Source: a candidate division BRC1 bacterium HGW-BRC1-1 | GTDB lineage: Bacteria > Sumerlaeota > Sumerlaeia > Sumerlaeales > Sumerlaeaceae | NCBI GenBank assembly: GCA_002842095.1 | Contig: PHCB01000008.1 | Coordinates: 100,879-164,878 of the forward strand | Length of the DNA: 64,000 bases | Direction of reading: 5' to 3' | In this document: piece by piece, positions 45,699-56,099 of the stretch | How positions within the stretch are numbered: the stretch's first letter is position 1 | Layout of the letters: each line of letters begins with the position of its first letter | The notes under the pieces: model-generated | What the model saw: only the letters and a program-made list of their open reading frames with translations | Told to the model about the DNA's origin: nothing | Database searches by the model: none | Position numbers and translations under genes: made by a program

Positions 45699-47219
45699 AT
45701 GAAATTCTCAAACACGCGGATTATCCGCAGACTTGCTTTCCTGATAGCCCTTGTGGCTCCGACCCTGGTTTGCGCTCAGGTATTGCCTCTGTCCGCGAGA
45801 CAGGCCGGTGCGCGGACGGGCTCTCAACTCCAAGCGGCCCTGGCTCCTCTGTCACGGGATGCTCGCGAGCAGGTGATCCTGCAGGAGATCGCCAGCGGTA
45901 ATGTGCCGGATCATCTTCGACCGCTCAAATCCATTACGGCCACGCGCACCATTGCCTCGGTAAGCCACACGATCACATATTACGTCACGCCGGATTATCT
46001 CGCTTTAGGGTCGGCGTCAGATTTTTTCCGCATGCCAATGACACCGATACTGGCTCAAACCGTTGCCGATATGACATCATGCTCGTTGCCCACCCGACGG
46101 ATGGTCGATGCTATTTGGTCGGCGGCACCTTCGAAAATGAATCCCCAACCCATCCCGCCATCCGCCGAAATGGTCACCATTCCGGTCTTCTGGACTCATC
46201 ACCAGATGGTGGAGTCGTCGCGTACCCAGCTTGGCCTGCCACTGGGGCCATTGATTGCCGGTATCAAGAAAGATGTGATCATCTCGCCGACGGTGCGGAC
46301 TCGGCCGGCTCCCGATCGGGTGGCGATTTATGGGTGGCACTACACCACGGGTTCTCCGATTCAGCCCTTGTATACCGGGCATGAGAGCACCTACGCGGAC
46401 TATAGCCATGGCATCAGGCTGGTGAGCAACGACGTGATTTTGGATGGCGTGCCTTCCACATTGAAGACGGTCCTTGAGCACCCAACCCTCAATGAGCTGC
46501 TCAGCGACGAAGGGGTCTTTGTAAATCCCCGCTACGACATTCCCGCCCCACCTGCCGGGATGCCCCACGTAGATTCTTTTCCCTCTGCCGGGCGCCAGTT
46601 GGCCGGGCAATGGATTGACAGATTCACCACGCCGCAAATCGTGGCGTTCTCTCCAACATCTCCCGGCGGTGACGGCTACGTTTTGCGGGTCAGAGATACT
46701 TCCGGCGGCATCGACACGACACGGATTGGCAGCGTAACCAGCGCTGACTATTATGTAGAGGCTCACCTTTATTGCGACATGCGAACAATCGTGGGCGAGA
46801 ACGGCTTTGAGCGGATTGGGATTTTTGCCCGCGATAGTGGTACCGGAATGTTCGAGGGAATTTCCGGGGGTGGAATCCAGGGCAACAATTACTCGCTGAC
46901 ATGGGATTCCAACACAGGGCGCGTGCAATGCTTGCGCACGATTGGCGGAGTGCCGGTGGATTTGCTATCGGTGCCGGAGTACCGAACCGGAACCGGCTGG
47001 AGACTTTTCCGCCTGGAGACGGTGGGATCAACCATCAGCTTTAAGATGGACGGTCTGACTATCCTAAGTGTCGTGGACTCTGCTCATGTCAGCGGAAGCG
47101 GTGGTATTGGTTATCACGACTACTTCGATAACAATGCCAACATCATCGGCACGCTCGCAGATAACTTTCGGATGGACGCTGTCACTTTATCGCGCGTTGA
47201 GGAATGGTCCCGGTTTTGA
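45699..47219 (+). CDS. Secreted two-domain protein (uncharacterised N-terminal domain plus beta-sandwich) with C-terminal SRVEEWSRF tail
   Basis: Signal peptide; [47 protein letters not shown]; Gly/Thr-rich beta domain; AAGGAG RBS. Confidence 0.75.
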   Translation: MKFSNTRIIRRLAFLIALVAPTLVCAQVLPLSARQAGARTGSQLQAALAPLSRDAREQVILQEIASGNVPDHLRPLKSITATRTIASVSHTITYYVTPDYLALGSASDFFRMPMTPILAQTVADMTSCSLPTRRMVDAIWSAAPSKMNPQPIPPSAEMVTIPVFWTHHQMVESSRTQLGLPLGPLIAGIKKDVIISPTVRTRPAPDRVAIYGWHYTTGSPIQPLYTGHESTYADYSHGIRLVSNDVILDGVPSTLKTVLEHPTLNELLSDEGVFVNPRYDIPAPPAGMPHVDSFPSAGRQLAGQWIDRFTTPQIVAFSPTSPGGDGYVLRVRDTSGGIDTTRIGSVTSADYYVEAHLYCDMRTIVGENGFERIGIFARDSGTGMFEGISGGGIQGNNYSLTWDSNTGRVQCLRTIGGVPVDLLSVPEYRTGTGWRLFRLETVGSTISFKMDGLTILSVVDSAHVSGSGGIGYHDYFDNNANIIGTLADNFRMDAVTLSRVEEWSRF

Positions 47220-47234
47220 TCTCAGCGAACGCTC

Positions 47235-48422
47235 TCATGTTAGTTTGATCGCAGAGGCCGACTGACGCGCAGCCGCATACACCGTTTCCAGGGCAACGCC
47301 GCTTTCTTCCGCCAGTCTGCGGCAATCGTCGAATTCGGGTGAAACCTTGATGACCTCGTCACCCCAGAGGCCCAGCTTCACGCGCACCTTTCCAAACGGG
47401 GTATCTACCATTTCTGATTTTCGCAATAATGCGTGGCGTTGGCAGGGGGTTGCTCTTACGCCGAAGGTGCTCGTTTCGCGTAAGAGCAGGGCGATAAGTC
47501 CGTTCGCTTTATCCGGAGAAGTCAGGACCTGAATGGCTGTGCCGGGACGATTCTTTTTCATTTGTACCGGGCGGAAATTCGCATCGAGGCATCCCATGGC
47601 GAAAAGCTTTTCCATCAGATAGCCGAAGGCTTCTCCGCTCATGTCATCAATTTCCGTTGCAAGCACAACCAGTTCGCGAGTTTCGACAGGCAGGGAGTCA
47701 TCCAGCGGCGACTCGCCCAGCAGGATGCGCAGATAATTCGTGTGACCTTCAGTGACCCGGCTGCCCGCACCATAACCGACCCGGCCGGGCGCGAAATTGC
47801 GCAATGGACCAAATTTATCCGTCAATGTTGTGAGGATGGCGGCACCGGTCGGGGTGGTTGATTCTCCCGGCAGGGGACCGGTCTCGATGGGTTTACCCGC
47901 CAACAACAGCGCCGTGGCGGGGGCTGGCACGGGCATCATGCCATGTGCGCACTTGACGGTACCACTGCCCACAACCACCGGTGATGCCGATACGCTGGTG
48001 ATTCCCAGCGCTTCCACGCCCCACATAGATCCGACAATGTCCACGATAGCATCCACCGCTCCAACCTCATGAAAATGGACACGCTCCACCGTGATTTCGT
48101 GAACCTTCGCTTCGGCCACGGCTATGGCATGGAATGCCGCCACGGAGCGTTCTTTCACAGCGGGGGAAAGGTCGCTGGCTTCAATCATTTCGCGAATGTG
48201 AGAGAAGTGGCGGTGCTTCTGCTGCTCCTCGCAAGTCACCTTGGCCAGCGTGGCCCCGATGCCGCATCGCTTCACGCGTTCGACTTCGATGGAATAACCC
48301 GAGACAGGAAGTGAGGAAAGCGCCTGCCGAAGGTCTTCCACGGGAAGCCCGAGGTCGATGAGCGCACCAAGCGTCATATCGCCAGAAATGCCGTTGTAAC
48401 AGTCGAAATAGGCTGAGGTCAT
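47235..48422 (-). CDS. larC: Nickel-pincer cofactor biosynthesis protein (Ni insertase)
   Basis: DCYNGISGDMTLGAL, VHFHEVGAVDAIVDI, HGMMPVPAPAT, TPTGAA, MKKNRPG, ETSTFGVR. Confidence 0.94.
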   Translation of the reverse strand: MTSAYFDCYNGISGDMTLGALIDLGLPVEDLRQALSSLPVSGYSIEVERVKRCGIGATLAKVTCEEQQKHRHFSHIREMIEASDLSPAVKERSVAAFHAIAVAEAKVHEITVERVHFHEVGAVDAIVDIVGSMWGVEALGITSVSASPVVVGSGTVKCAHGMMPVPAPATALLLAGKPIETGPLPGESTTPTGAAILTTLTDKFGPLRNFAPGRVGYGAGSRVTEGHTNYLRILLGESPLDDSLPVETRELVVLATEIDDMSGEAFGYLMEKLFAMGCLDANFRPVQMKKNRPGTAIQVLTSPDKANGLIALLLRETSTFGVRATPCQRHALLRKSEMVDTPFGKVRVKLGLWGDEVIKVSPEFDDCRRLAEESGVALETVYAAARQSASAIKLT

Positions 48423-48435
48423 TGTGGAATGTCTT

Positions 48436-49227
48436 TCAGTTCTCGGGGGTGGCGGGAAGGCAGCCTGCCCTGTTGATGAGATGTGCCATGAGGCCGGCTC
48501 CGAAACCGTTGTCGATGTTCACGACGGCAATGCCACCGCTGCATGAATTGAGCATGCCCAGCAACGCGGCAACGCCACCAAAGCTGGCGCCATAGCCCAC
48601 ACTGGTCGGGACTGCAATTACGGGAGCCGAGGTCAGACCGGCCACCACACTGGGCAGGGCGCCTTCCATGCCGGCGGCGACAATCACAACGCGGGCGGTC
48701 TGCATTTTATTTGCGGCCGCACCGAACAGGCGGTGGATTCCGGCGACGCCCACGTCATAAACCCGGTCAACCTCGCTGCCCATCATCTCGGCGCTGAGGG
48801 CGGCTTCTTCCGCCACGGGAATATCGCTGGTGCCTGCACACATCACGAGGATCACGCCGCCCCCCGCAACCGGTCGCGGCTCGTTAACTTTAGTGAGCAT
48901 TCGTGCGGCGGGATGATGCCGGATGTCGTTTCGCGCAGCCATGACAAACGCCGCCGTCTCCTCGGGCACCCGGGTGCAGACTACGTTTTGCCGGGCTGCA
49001 TCGATGCGTTCGATGATTTCCAGAACCTGCTGCGAGGTTTTGTTGGCGGCGTACACAGCCTCCGCCACACCACGACGGCGTCGGCGGTCGGTGTCCACTT
49101 TAGTATGACCGAGGTCGGCATACCCTTCCGTGGGGCGCAATGACTGCATGGCAACCATGGCGTCGGTGGGGGAGATCTCACCCCGTGCTACAGCTTCCAA
49201 TAGATCAGTAATTTTCTGTTCAGACAT
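48436..49227 (-). CDS. larB: Nickel-pincer cofactor biosynthesis protein (PurE-like carboxylase/hydrolase)
   Basis: AGTSDIPVAEEA, DVGVAGIHRL, AGMEGALPSVV, VPTSVGYG, MLNSC, VNIDNGFGA. Confidence 0.94.
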   Translation of the reverse strand: MSEQKITDLLEAVARGEISPTDAMVAMQSLRPTEGYADLGHTKVDTDRRRRRGVAEAVYAANKTSQQVLEIIERIDAARQNVVCTRVPEETAAFVMAARNDIRHHPAARMLTKVNEPRPVAGGGVILVMCAGTSDIPVAEEAALSAEMMGSEVDRVYDVGVAGIHRLFGAAANKMQTARVVIVAAGMEGALPSVVAGLTSAPVIAVPTSVGYGASFGGVAALLGMLNSCSGGIAVVNIDNGFGAGLMAHLINRAGCLPATPEN

Positions 49228-49296
49228 GTTCTATGATCAACGGGTCGTGGCGAGGCATTGCAAGGCGAAGCGGCGCATCTCGTGAACTTCTTGTGC

Positions 49297-51210
49297 CTAC
49301 ATTTCTCTCAGTGCCCGGCTCGCCTTTGCACGCGTGTCACTTGCCTCTGGAGCATGTTTTTCGATGAAGCGATAAAGAACCCGCGCGTCATCGCGCAGTT
49401 TCGCCTGACGGTAATAGTCGGCAAACTGCAACCAGTACGCATAGTTATCAGGATCGCTTTCAATGGCCTGACACATCAGGGTTTCCACATCGGGGAGTTC
49501 TTCGCCCGGTTTCGCGGCAATCTGTTCCGCTACTTTTTTTGATGTTTCCAAAGCAAGGGTGGTCGACGTTTCCAACTGTTGGGGGGTAATCATCGAGCGG
49601 GTGGAGGACAATTCACGGTCGAGAAGGGACAGGTGGGTTGCTCTGGGGAACGGCCTTTGCAGACTGTTGTAGAGGTCTGCGGCGCCTTCCAGATAAGCCT
49701 TGGCCATACGGGGGCGCGGGGGTTCCGCATTGAAAAACCACATGCCGCGCTTGTCACGCCGCTCCGCCAATAGCGTGACGTCTGATGTTTGCGCGCTTCT
49801 CGAAATGAGTCTGTCGCGATAAAGGTCCACGTCTTTCGTGCGGAACTGCGGGAACTTCTCCGCATAGGTATTCCAGACCGCGAGGGCGTCCCGGATTCTT
49901 CCGCTCTGTGCAAATTCGTCGGCACGTTTTTGAGTGACCTGAAATTGCTTTCCCGGAGATTCTGTCAAGTCTATCCGCGAGGCATTCATCATATCTTTGA
50001 CGTCAATACCACGTGCTGACAGAACGTGAAATCCATACCACCCGCCACCGCCCAAGGCGATTAACACGAGCAAAGCCAAAGCTGCTTTCCAGCGCGTCAT
50101 GGGGTGAGGCTCTTCCGGGGGCAGCGGCGTGGGCATCGACTCCGGGGGAGGCAGCAATGCCTCTAATTCGGGCGTGATATTGGATGACCGGAAAGGTGGA
50201 GTCGTGTTCGATGAACGCTTCGGGTCGGAACCGCCCGGTCGCCCGGTGGTGGGGATACCGCCTGGGAGCGGTGTCTTGCCGGCCTGCTGGCCATACGCGT
50301 CAACCATCGGATAGGGCGTCTGGCTGGCCATGCGCTGTGTCGAATCTTTTGGCGCGGGCAGAGGGGCACCGTCCTTCTTGATTACCGTTCGGGGCCGTTC
50401 CCACAAATCTTCCAGTGCATCGGCCATTTCGTTGCCCGTGGCCCAGCGCATTTCTTTCTGCTTTTCCAGCGCGCGCATGATGACACGCTCCACGCCGGGC
50501 TGAATCATGGTGTTGATTTCCGACGGTGGCACCGCCGCTTCGATAAGGTGTTTCGTGGCGATGGTGATGGGATTGTCGCCATCGAAAGGCACGCGCCCCG
50601 CCAGGCTTGCGTAGAGGCAAACGCCCAGCGAATACAGGTCGCTCTGCCCGTCGATGTTTTTTCCGGTCACCTGTTCTGGCGACATAAACTTGGGTGTTCC
50701 CATACTGATGCCCGTTTGAGTTTTCAGCTTCGACGACGAGAAGCGCGCGATACCGAAATCGGTGATCTTCGCGGTGCCGTTGGCCATCACCAGAATGTTG
50801 TCGGGCTTCACATCGCGGTGAACCACTCCGTGGGCGTGGGCGTGATCGAGAGCACGGGCGACCTGCGCGCCTATCAGGCAGGCGTCGCGCTCCATCAGGC
50901 ACCCTTCGCGGTCGATGCGCACCTGCAGCGACTCACCCTGAACGAATTCCATGACGATTGCGAAAGTATCGTCCACGGGCATCGTGTCGATGACCGCCAC
51001 GATATTCGGATGGCTGAGCCGCGCCACCACCGTGGCTTCCTGCTCAAACCGCGCGCTGAAATCGGGATTTGACGCCAGATCCTCCGACAGAATCTTCACC
51101 GCGACCTCACGGTTCAGGTTCTGCTGGATAGCCTTGAAAACCGTGCCCATGCCACCCCGGCCGATAACCTCGACCAGTTCGTATTTATCGGCAATGATCC
51201 GGCCTATCAT
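49297..51210 (-). CDS. Hanks-type Ser/Thr protein kinase with Pro-rich linker, one TM helix and helical/TPR-like C-terminal domain
   Basis: IGRGGMG, VAVK, HRDVKPDN, DFGIA, GTPKFMSPEQ, DLYSLG; TM WKAALALLVLIALGGGGWYGF. Confidence 0.92.
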   Translation of the reverse strand: MIGRIIADKYELVEVIGRGGMGTVFKAIQQNLNREVAVKILSEDLASNPDFSARFEQEATVVARLSHPNIVAVIDTMPVDDTFAIVMEFVQGESLQVRIDREGCLMERDACLIGAQVARALDHAHAHGVVHRDVKPDNILVMANGTAKITDFGIARFSSSKLKTQTGISMGTPKFMSPEQVTGKNIDGQSDLYSLGVCLYASLAGRVPFDGDNPITIATKHLIEAAVPPSEINTMIQPGVERVIMRALEKQKEMRWATGNEMADALEDLWERPRTVIKKDGAPLPAPKDSTQRMASQTPYPMVDAYGQQAGKTPLPGGIPTTGRPGGSDPKRSSNTTPPFRSSNITPELEALLPPPESMPTPLPPEEPHPMTRWKAALALLVLIALGGGGWYGFHVLSARGIDVKDMMNASRIDLTESPGKQFQVTQKRADEFAQSGRIRDALAVWNTYAEKFPQFRTKDVDLYRDRLISRSAQTSDVTLLAERRDKRGMWFFNAEPPRPRMAKAYLEGAADLYNSLQRPFPRATHLSLLDRELSSTRSMITPQQLETSTTLALETSKKVAEQIAAKPGEELPDVETLMCQAIESDPDNYAYWLQFADYYRQAKLRDDARVLYRFIEKHAPEASDTRAKASRALREM

Positions 51211-51440
51211 GGCTAAAGCTCTTCCTGGCATCGATAACGGGACCGAGTTCCCTGACTTTCATGGGTGAGGATGGCACAACAAATTCCTGCGGACAGATGG
51301 CTTCACCTCTCAGCAGTTCAAGATTCAATTTCACAACACCGAATCAGGACCAAGTCCAGCAATAACATTCAAAAATCTACTACCGCCCAGTGCGCGAATA
51401 GCTGTCGTGGTACGGGGTAATGCATCGCGTCAAACCGTGT

Positions 51441-51517
51441 GCCCGGTTCGTCTAGCGGTTTAGGACATCGCCCTCTCACGGCGAAGATCACGGGTTCGAA
51501 TCCCGTACCGGGTACCA
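51441..51517 (+). tRNA. tRNA-Glu (anticodon CTC)
   Basis: Acceptor stem GCCCGGT/ACCGGGT, D arm GTCTAGCGGTTTAGGAC, anticodon arm TCGCC-CTCTCAC-GGCGA, T loop GTTCGAATC, encoded CCA. Confidence 0.95.
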
Positions 51518-51697
51518 CCCCTCTTTCCAAATAACGATTAATCTTTGGTTATCAGAGGAAGAACATGACTTCCCGATCCGACGATCGACCTGCCATTCTC
51601 GAAATCCCCTTGATCTTCGCGCCGGAACCACGTGGAGCTTTCAACGCTCGCGATAGAGCCTGTCAGGCTTGATTTCGCTCATCGGAAAGGTCGTCTC

Positions 51698-54058
51698 ATG
51701 TCACCAACAAATTCCCGTCCCCAATCTGATCCTGCTTTGCCTTTTATCCAATGTTATAGGGAAGCGAATCAGGTTTACGTCCGATTCCTTGAAGATTTTC
51801 CCGGCCGAAAATTCCGCATCATGTTTCAGGGGGAATTGGTTTCCGAAGGATTCTGTCCACCCCACGGTGAAGTCCTTGGCGTCGGTTTGCCACACCGTCC
51901 GTGGTCACCCGAGGAACCCAATTTATTTTTAATGGAGATCGTCGGGGACAGCGGTCAATCAGACCGCGTCGAGTATTTCGGCTATCGTACGCTTTCCACC
52001 ACTCAGGACCATCTCTTGGTGAATGGTCGACCGTTATTTGTTCGCGGATTTATCCGCGGGATCAAAGCGCATGATCATGCAAACCTTTCAAATCTGTCTG
52101 ATGCAGAGTTCTACGACCGACAGATTCGCATTGCCAAAGATCTCGGCTTCAACCTGGTGCGCTGGCACTCAACAATCCCCCCTGCAAAGTGGCTATCTGC
52201 GTGCGACCGACTTGGCTTATTTAACCAAATTGAGTTCGCTCCCCAGCACAAGTGGGGTGGTGGGCACGAGATCTTTATCGATATGGATTTTGTCCGGGAT
52301 ACCGTTCGGGCAACTTCTTTACATCCCAGCGTTTTTGCTTTCAGTCTGGGCAATGAGATCCACAAATCCGGTGGCAATGAGACGGTTCGCGAGGCCCTTT
52401 CCCTAATCCGACGGGAAAGCCCCCATACGCTGATCCTCGACAGTTCGGGGTGGGGAGAGTTTGATCGCGAGGGCAACGATTTTATCGTGCAGCATATCGC
52501 CTATTTCTTTCCCTTCGGAGTCCATCGCGACATGTTTAATTCCCGCGATTGTTTCGACATCAATGGCTCTGTACGCAGAACCGAGGATCACCGGGAATCG
52601 AGTTCGCGGAAGGGGGAGGGGATTCAGGCCAAGCGCCACCTCCAGCCGGTCAAGCCGGTTATCGCCCATGAAGTGCTGCATTATGTTGGTTTACCCGATA
52701 TCCAGGGGCTCAAGACTAAATTCGAGAACCTAAACGTCCCGCAACCGAAGTGGCTTCCAAAAGTGGAGAAACTGGTCCGCGATAAAGGGATGTGGGATGA
52801 TTATGAAGATATTCGTCTCGCTGCCGCCCACTTCAAGGGCATCTGCATGAAGGAAGCATTGGAACGGTTGCGGATGAGCCCGCTTGTCACGGGGTATCAA
52901 ATGCTTCAGTTGTTCGACAACGATCGTTACGAGAACTCCAATGGCATCGTGGATTGCTTCGACGAAGAGCGCGATGGTATTCCAGAAATTTTCCGGGCCA
53001 TAAATGGCGATGTCGCACTCCTGGCGGACATGCCCACAAAGTGTTTCTGCGTTGATGACACCGTACAGGTGCCACTGATTTTGTCGCAGTTTAACTCAGA
53101 TTTGCAATATGCGGATCTTGAGGTGGAATTTTCACCGGCGGATGCGAAAGACGACCCGACCCAATTAACCCTTAAGGATATGTATGTCGCCCGGGTTGGT
53201 TCTTACCCTCTGACTACTCTGGATTTAAACGCCCAGCCCACGGAAAAGCCGGTCCGACAAACGCTGCAGGCCAGGCTCACTTCACAGGGCAAGACTCTGA
53301 GTTCCAACAACTGGACATTATGGAGTTTCCCCCATGCTGAAATTTCTACCGAGGAACTTATGGCGCAACCCGGGGTTACGCATCAGATCAATGGAGAAAT
53401 GCTCGCACGACTGGAGCGTGGGGAGAAAGTCCTCTTTCTTTATGACCCCGCCGTGCCACTGGAGGAGACAGGGCTTCCGTTGGTTCGGGACCATTTCAAA
53501 CCCGTTATCTGGGACCGTGGCAGTCAATTGGGTGGGCGCGTTTTCAAGCATCCCCTCACCGATAAATTCCCCCATGAAGGCACCATTGATTTTCAATTTG
53601 CGCGTTTAATCGAGGGCGGGACAAAGGTAAATCTCGATGGGATGCCCGCGATCTCTCCCATGATTCAAGGGATCGATAAATTAGCCCGGGACCGCATGGA
53701 CGTGCTGAAGCGCAACATCCCCGATTTCCGACCTGAGGTTACTTTTCGTCGGTTCAGTTACCTGTTTGAAATCACGGTGGGGAAGGGGCGCTTGTTAGTG
53801 TGTAGTTTTAACCTGAGCGAAACCAACCTCATGGCTCCCGAGGTTGCATGGTTTGCGCGCTGCATGCTGGATTATTATAGCTCTGCCGATTTCCAGCCAC
53901 CTTCTCGTGTTTCATTGAAAGAGATGAAACAGTGGGTGGAGGGTGCCGCCGCCCAGGTAAACGTTGAACCGGTAATGAACATTTTCTGGGAAGAAGACGA
54001 TCAGCCCGTTGAGAGCGTTCTGTGGTGGGAAAAAGTAGGTATCGATATATCTTCGTGA
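51698..54058 (+). CDS. GH2-like glycoside hydrolase (TIM barrel), no signal peptide
   Basis: FGYR...LLVNGRPLFVRG, AKDLGFNLVRWH, CDRLG, SLGNE (acid/base), PVIAHE (probable nucleophile); ATG 51698 after GGAAAGG. Confidence 0.75.
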   Translation: MSPTNSRPQSDPALPFIQCYREANQVYVRFLEDFPGRKFRIMFQGELVSEGFCPPHGEVLGVGLPHRPWSPEEPNLFLMEIVGDSGQSDRVEYFGYRTLSTTQDHLLVNGRPLFVRGFIRGIKAHDHANLSNLSDAEFYDRQIRIAKDLGFNLVRWHSTIPPAKWLSACDRLGLFNQIEFAPQHKWGGGHEIFIDMDFVRDTVRATSLHPSVFAFSLGNEIHKSGGNETVREALSLIRRESPHTLILDSSGWGEFDREGNDFIVQHIAYFFPFGVHRDMFNSRDCFDINGSVRRTEDHRESSSRKGEGIQAKRHLQPVKPVIAHEVLHYVGLPDIQGLKTKFENLNVPQPKWLPKVEKLVRDKGMWDDYEDIRLAAAHFKGICMKEALERLRMSPLVTGYQMLQLFDNDRYENSNGIVDCFDEERDGIPEIFRAINGDVALLADMPTKCFCVDDTVQVPLILSQFNSDLQYADLEVEFSPADAKDDPTQLTLKDMYVARVGSYPLTTLDLNAQPTEKPVRQTLQARLTSQGKTLSSNNWTLWSFPHAEISTEELMAQPGVTHQINGEMLARLERGEKVLFLYDPAVPLEETGLPLVRDHFKPVIWDRGSQLGGRVFKHPLTDKFPHEGTIDFQFARLIEGGTKVNLDGMPAISPMIQGIDKLARDRMDVLKRNIPDFRPEVTFRRFSYLFEITVGKGRLLVCSFNLSETNLMAPEVAWFARCMLDYYSSADFQPPSRVSLKEMKQWVEGAAAQVNVEPVMNIFWEEDDQPVESVLWWEKVGIDISS

Positions 54059-54152
54059 GATCCGGTATGTGAGGCGGATTTAGTTGATCCTGTCGCCGCT
54101 TGGGCACGCCCGCTGGGACGGAGAGGTCAAAACAAATTGACTTTGGATCAGC

Positions 54153-55661
54153 TTGGGAGGCCCATCGTGGGCCATGCTAACCCTTAATTCCCAACTCAAT
54201 TTAGATGGTCCCTTTTCTCTTTTACGTGCGGCGCGACTGAAGCACAGAGCTTTTTCCCCGTTCCGGAATGCGATTCCATCGGTGATGCTCGCTCTGGCGT
54301 GCATGGTCGCGACTCCCGCGAGTGCGGAGGTCCGTTCGGTAACAGCCAATCCGGCGGAGGATTGCTCGACGCAGATGAACATTGGCTGGCATGCGGATCT
54401 GGGCGAGACGAGTTGCTCCGTCGTCTACACGCAAAAGTCGGACGCAGCCTGGGCACAGGCAATGAGGGTCGCAGGAAAGTCGAAGCGATCCGAGGTATTC
54501 GACGGGATTGATTCCAAAACTTCTGACAGTAAGGACTGGAAGGAAGAGGCGAAATTCCTCGACTACGGCGTGACGCTTACGGGACTGAAACCAGACACCG
54601 ATTACATGTACAAGGTGGCGGTCGACGACACCGTTAGCACCGACCCGGCGCGACATTTCAAGACCGCAGGGGCGAGTGAGTTTAGTTTCCTCTGGCTCAG
54701 CGACGTGCACGTGTATACGCCTCTTCCCAGACGGACGGATCGTCTCAACACCGTTTTTGATGCGGCTATCAAGATTGAGCCGAGTGTCGACTTTGTTTAT
54801 TCGACGGGTGATGTGGTGGCGTGGGGCGGGAGTTATTCCTTTTGGAAGAAACTGTTCGAACAGCCGTTCTCTTCGAAATACATGTTCGCCGATGTGATCG
54901 GCAATCACGACTGGATGAAGCGACGGGACGGCGGCAACAACGAATTCTTCGCCGTGGCGCACAACAATCCGACGAACGGCTATGCAGGTCAGGAGGGCGT
55001 GAGTTACTGGTTTATCTACGGCGACGTGCTCTTCATGGCCTTCAACACCGAGGCGATGAGGGACGGCCCCGAAGCTGAGGCTGAAGCAAAGGCCTGGGCG
55101 GCGGGCGTTATCGAAAAGCAAAAGGGTAAGTACAAGCGCATATTCATCGCCCAGCATTACAACTGGTTCGACGGGCGTAACGGCAAGTCGGCCTGGTACG
55201 ATCATTGGAAAGATTTTTGCGACGAGCATCACGTGACGCTGGCGATGTCGGGTCACAATCATGTGTACCAACGGACGCATTCGCTGTGGGACGATCAGGT
55301 CGTCTCCGACGGCCTCGGTACGGTCTACATGGTAGCGCCATCGTCCGACGGCGAGCGCGGTGTAGAAGCGGGTCCGCTAACGATGAATGCAGAGAAGCTC
55401 GCGTTTACGTATTCGAGTCACGTGTATTCGACTGACGGCCAGGTCAGAACGGTCGGCTGTGTGCTGGTGGACGTCGGCCCCAAAAGCATCAAGACCCGTC
55501 TGGTCTACATGGACGAGCAAAACCAAGCGCAGATTGCGGACGAGCACACAATCACCACACTGCCCACCGATGCCTCCAGATCGGCGCTCCCGAGTAAGCG
55601 ACCGGCGACAAAGACCGAAAAGCCCGCGCCAGAAGTGACATCCGGTACGATGATGCAGTAA
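54153..55661 (+). CDS. Secreted purple-acid-phosphatase-like metallophosphoesterase with N-terminal FN3-like domain
   Basis: LTGLKPDTDYMYKV (FN3), SDVH, TGDVV, GNHD, SGHNHVYQR; signal peptide ending ASA; true start probably downstream (for example ATG 54285). Confidence 0.85.
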   Translation: MGGPSWAMLTLNSQLNLDGPFSLLRAARLKHRAFSPFRNAIPSVMLALACMVATPASAEVRSVTANPAEDCSTQMNIGWHADLGETSCSVVYTQKSDAAWAQAMRVAGKSKRSEVFDGIDSKTSDSKDWKEEAKFLDYGVTLTGLKPDTDYMYKVAVDDTVSTDPARHFKTAGASEFSFLWLSDVHVYTPLPRRTDRLNTVFDAAIKIEPSVDFVYSTGDVVAWGGSYSFWKKLFEQPFSSKYMFADVIGNHDWMKRRDGGNNEFFAVAHNNPTNGYAGQEGVSYWFIYGDVLFMAFNTEAMRDGPEAEAEAKAWAAGVIEKQKGKYKRIFIAQHYNWFDGRNGKSAWYDHWKDFCDEHHVTLAMSGHNHVYQRTHSLWDDQVVSDGLGTVYMVAPSSDGERGVEAGPLTMNAEKLAFTYSSHVYSTDGQVRTVGCVLVDVGPKSIKTRLVYMDEQNQAQIADEHTITTLPTDASRSALPSKRPATKTEKPAPEVTSGTMMQ

Positions 55662-55882
55662 TCGGGGGACAGGTTCGCACCTCGTTCAACGATGCGATCA
55701 CGCCCTTTTGTGATCAATGCGATACTCGCTGCGCATGAAATATGCAATAGGTCCGCAGCGTTGATTCGATACAAACTCCCCGATTCTCGCGCCAGCGTGA
55801 ACAGTGGCTTCTCCTGATAATAGTTTAATGGGGTGGTGTTTGCAGCCTCCTGAATTTCATCACATCCAGAAGGGAACGGTTA

Positions 55883-56095
55883 TTGGCCAGAGTTAACTAT
55901 CAGCACGAGAAGCGGCAGCGGGATCTTGCTAAGAAGCGCAAGAAGGAAGAGAAGTTACAGCGCAAGACGCAGAAGGGCACCGCAGAAGAGTTTGAGCCGG
56001 ATCCCGGCTATAATTCTCCACTCGAAGACGCACCCGCACCCGCGGACGATGCTACGCCTGCGGGCACGGATAAGTCCGACGAAAATCAGGGGTAA
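55883..56095 (+). CDS. Small protein with basic N-terminal helix and acidic tail
   Basis: MARVNYQHEKRQRDLAKKRKKEEKLQRK resembles a widespread small NY-x-x-EKRQR-x-L-x-KK family; TTG start with AAGGG RBS. Confidence 0.65.
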   Translation: MARVNYQHEKRQRDLAKKRKKEEKLQRKTQKGTAEEFEPDPGYNSPLEDAPAPADDATPAGTDKSDENQG

Positions 56096-56099
56096 GCGG

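Noticed and set aside
51408-51424. Sigma54-like TGGTAC...ATGCA upstream of tRNA-Glu
   Set aside because: Spacing is GG-N11-GC, not the required N10
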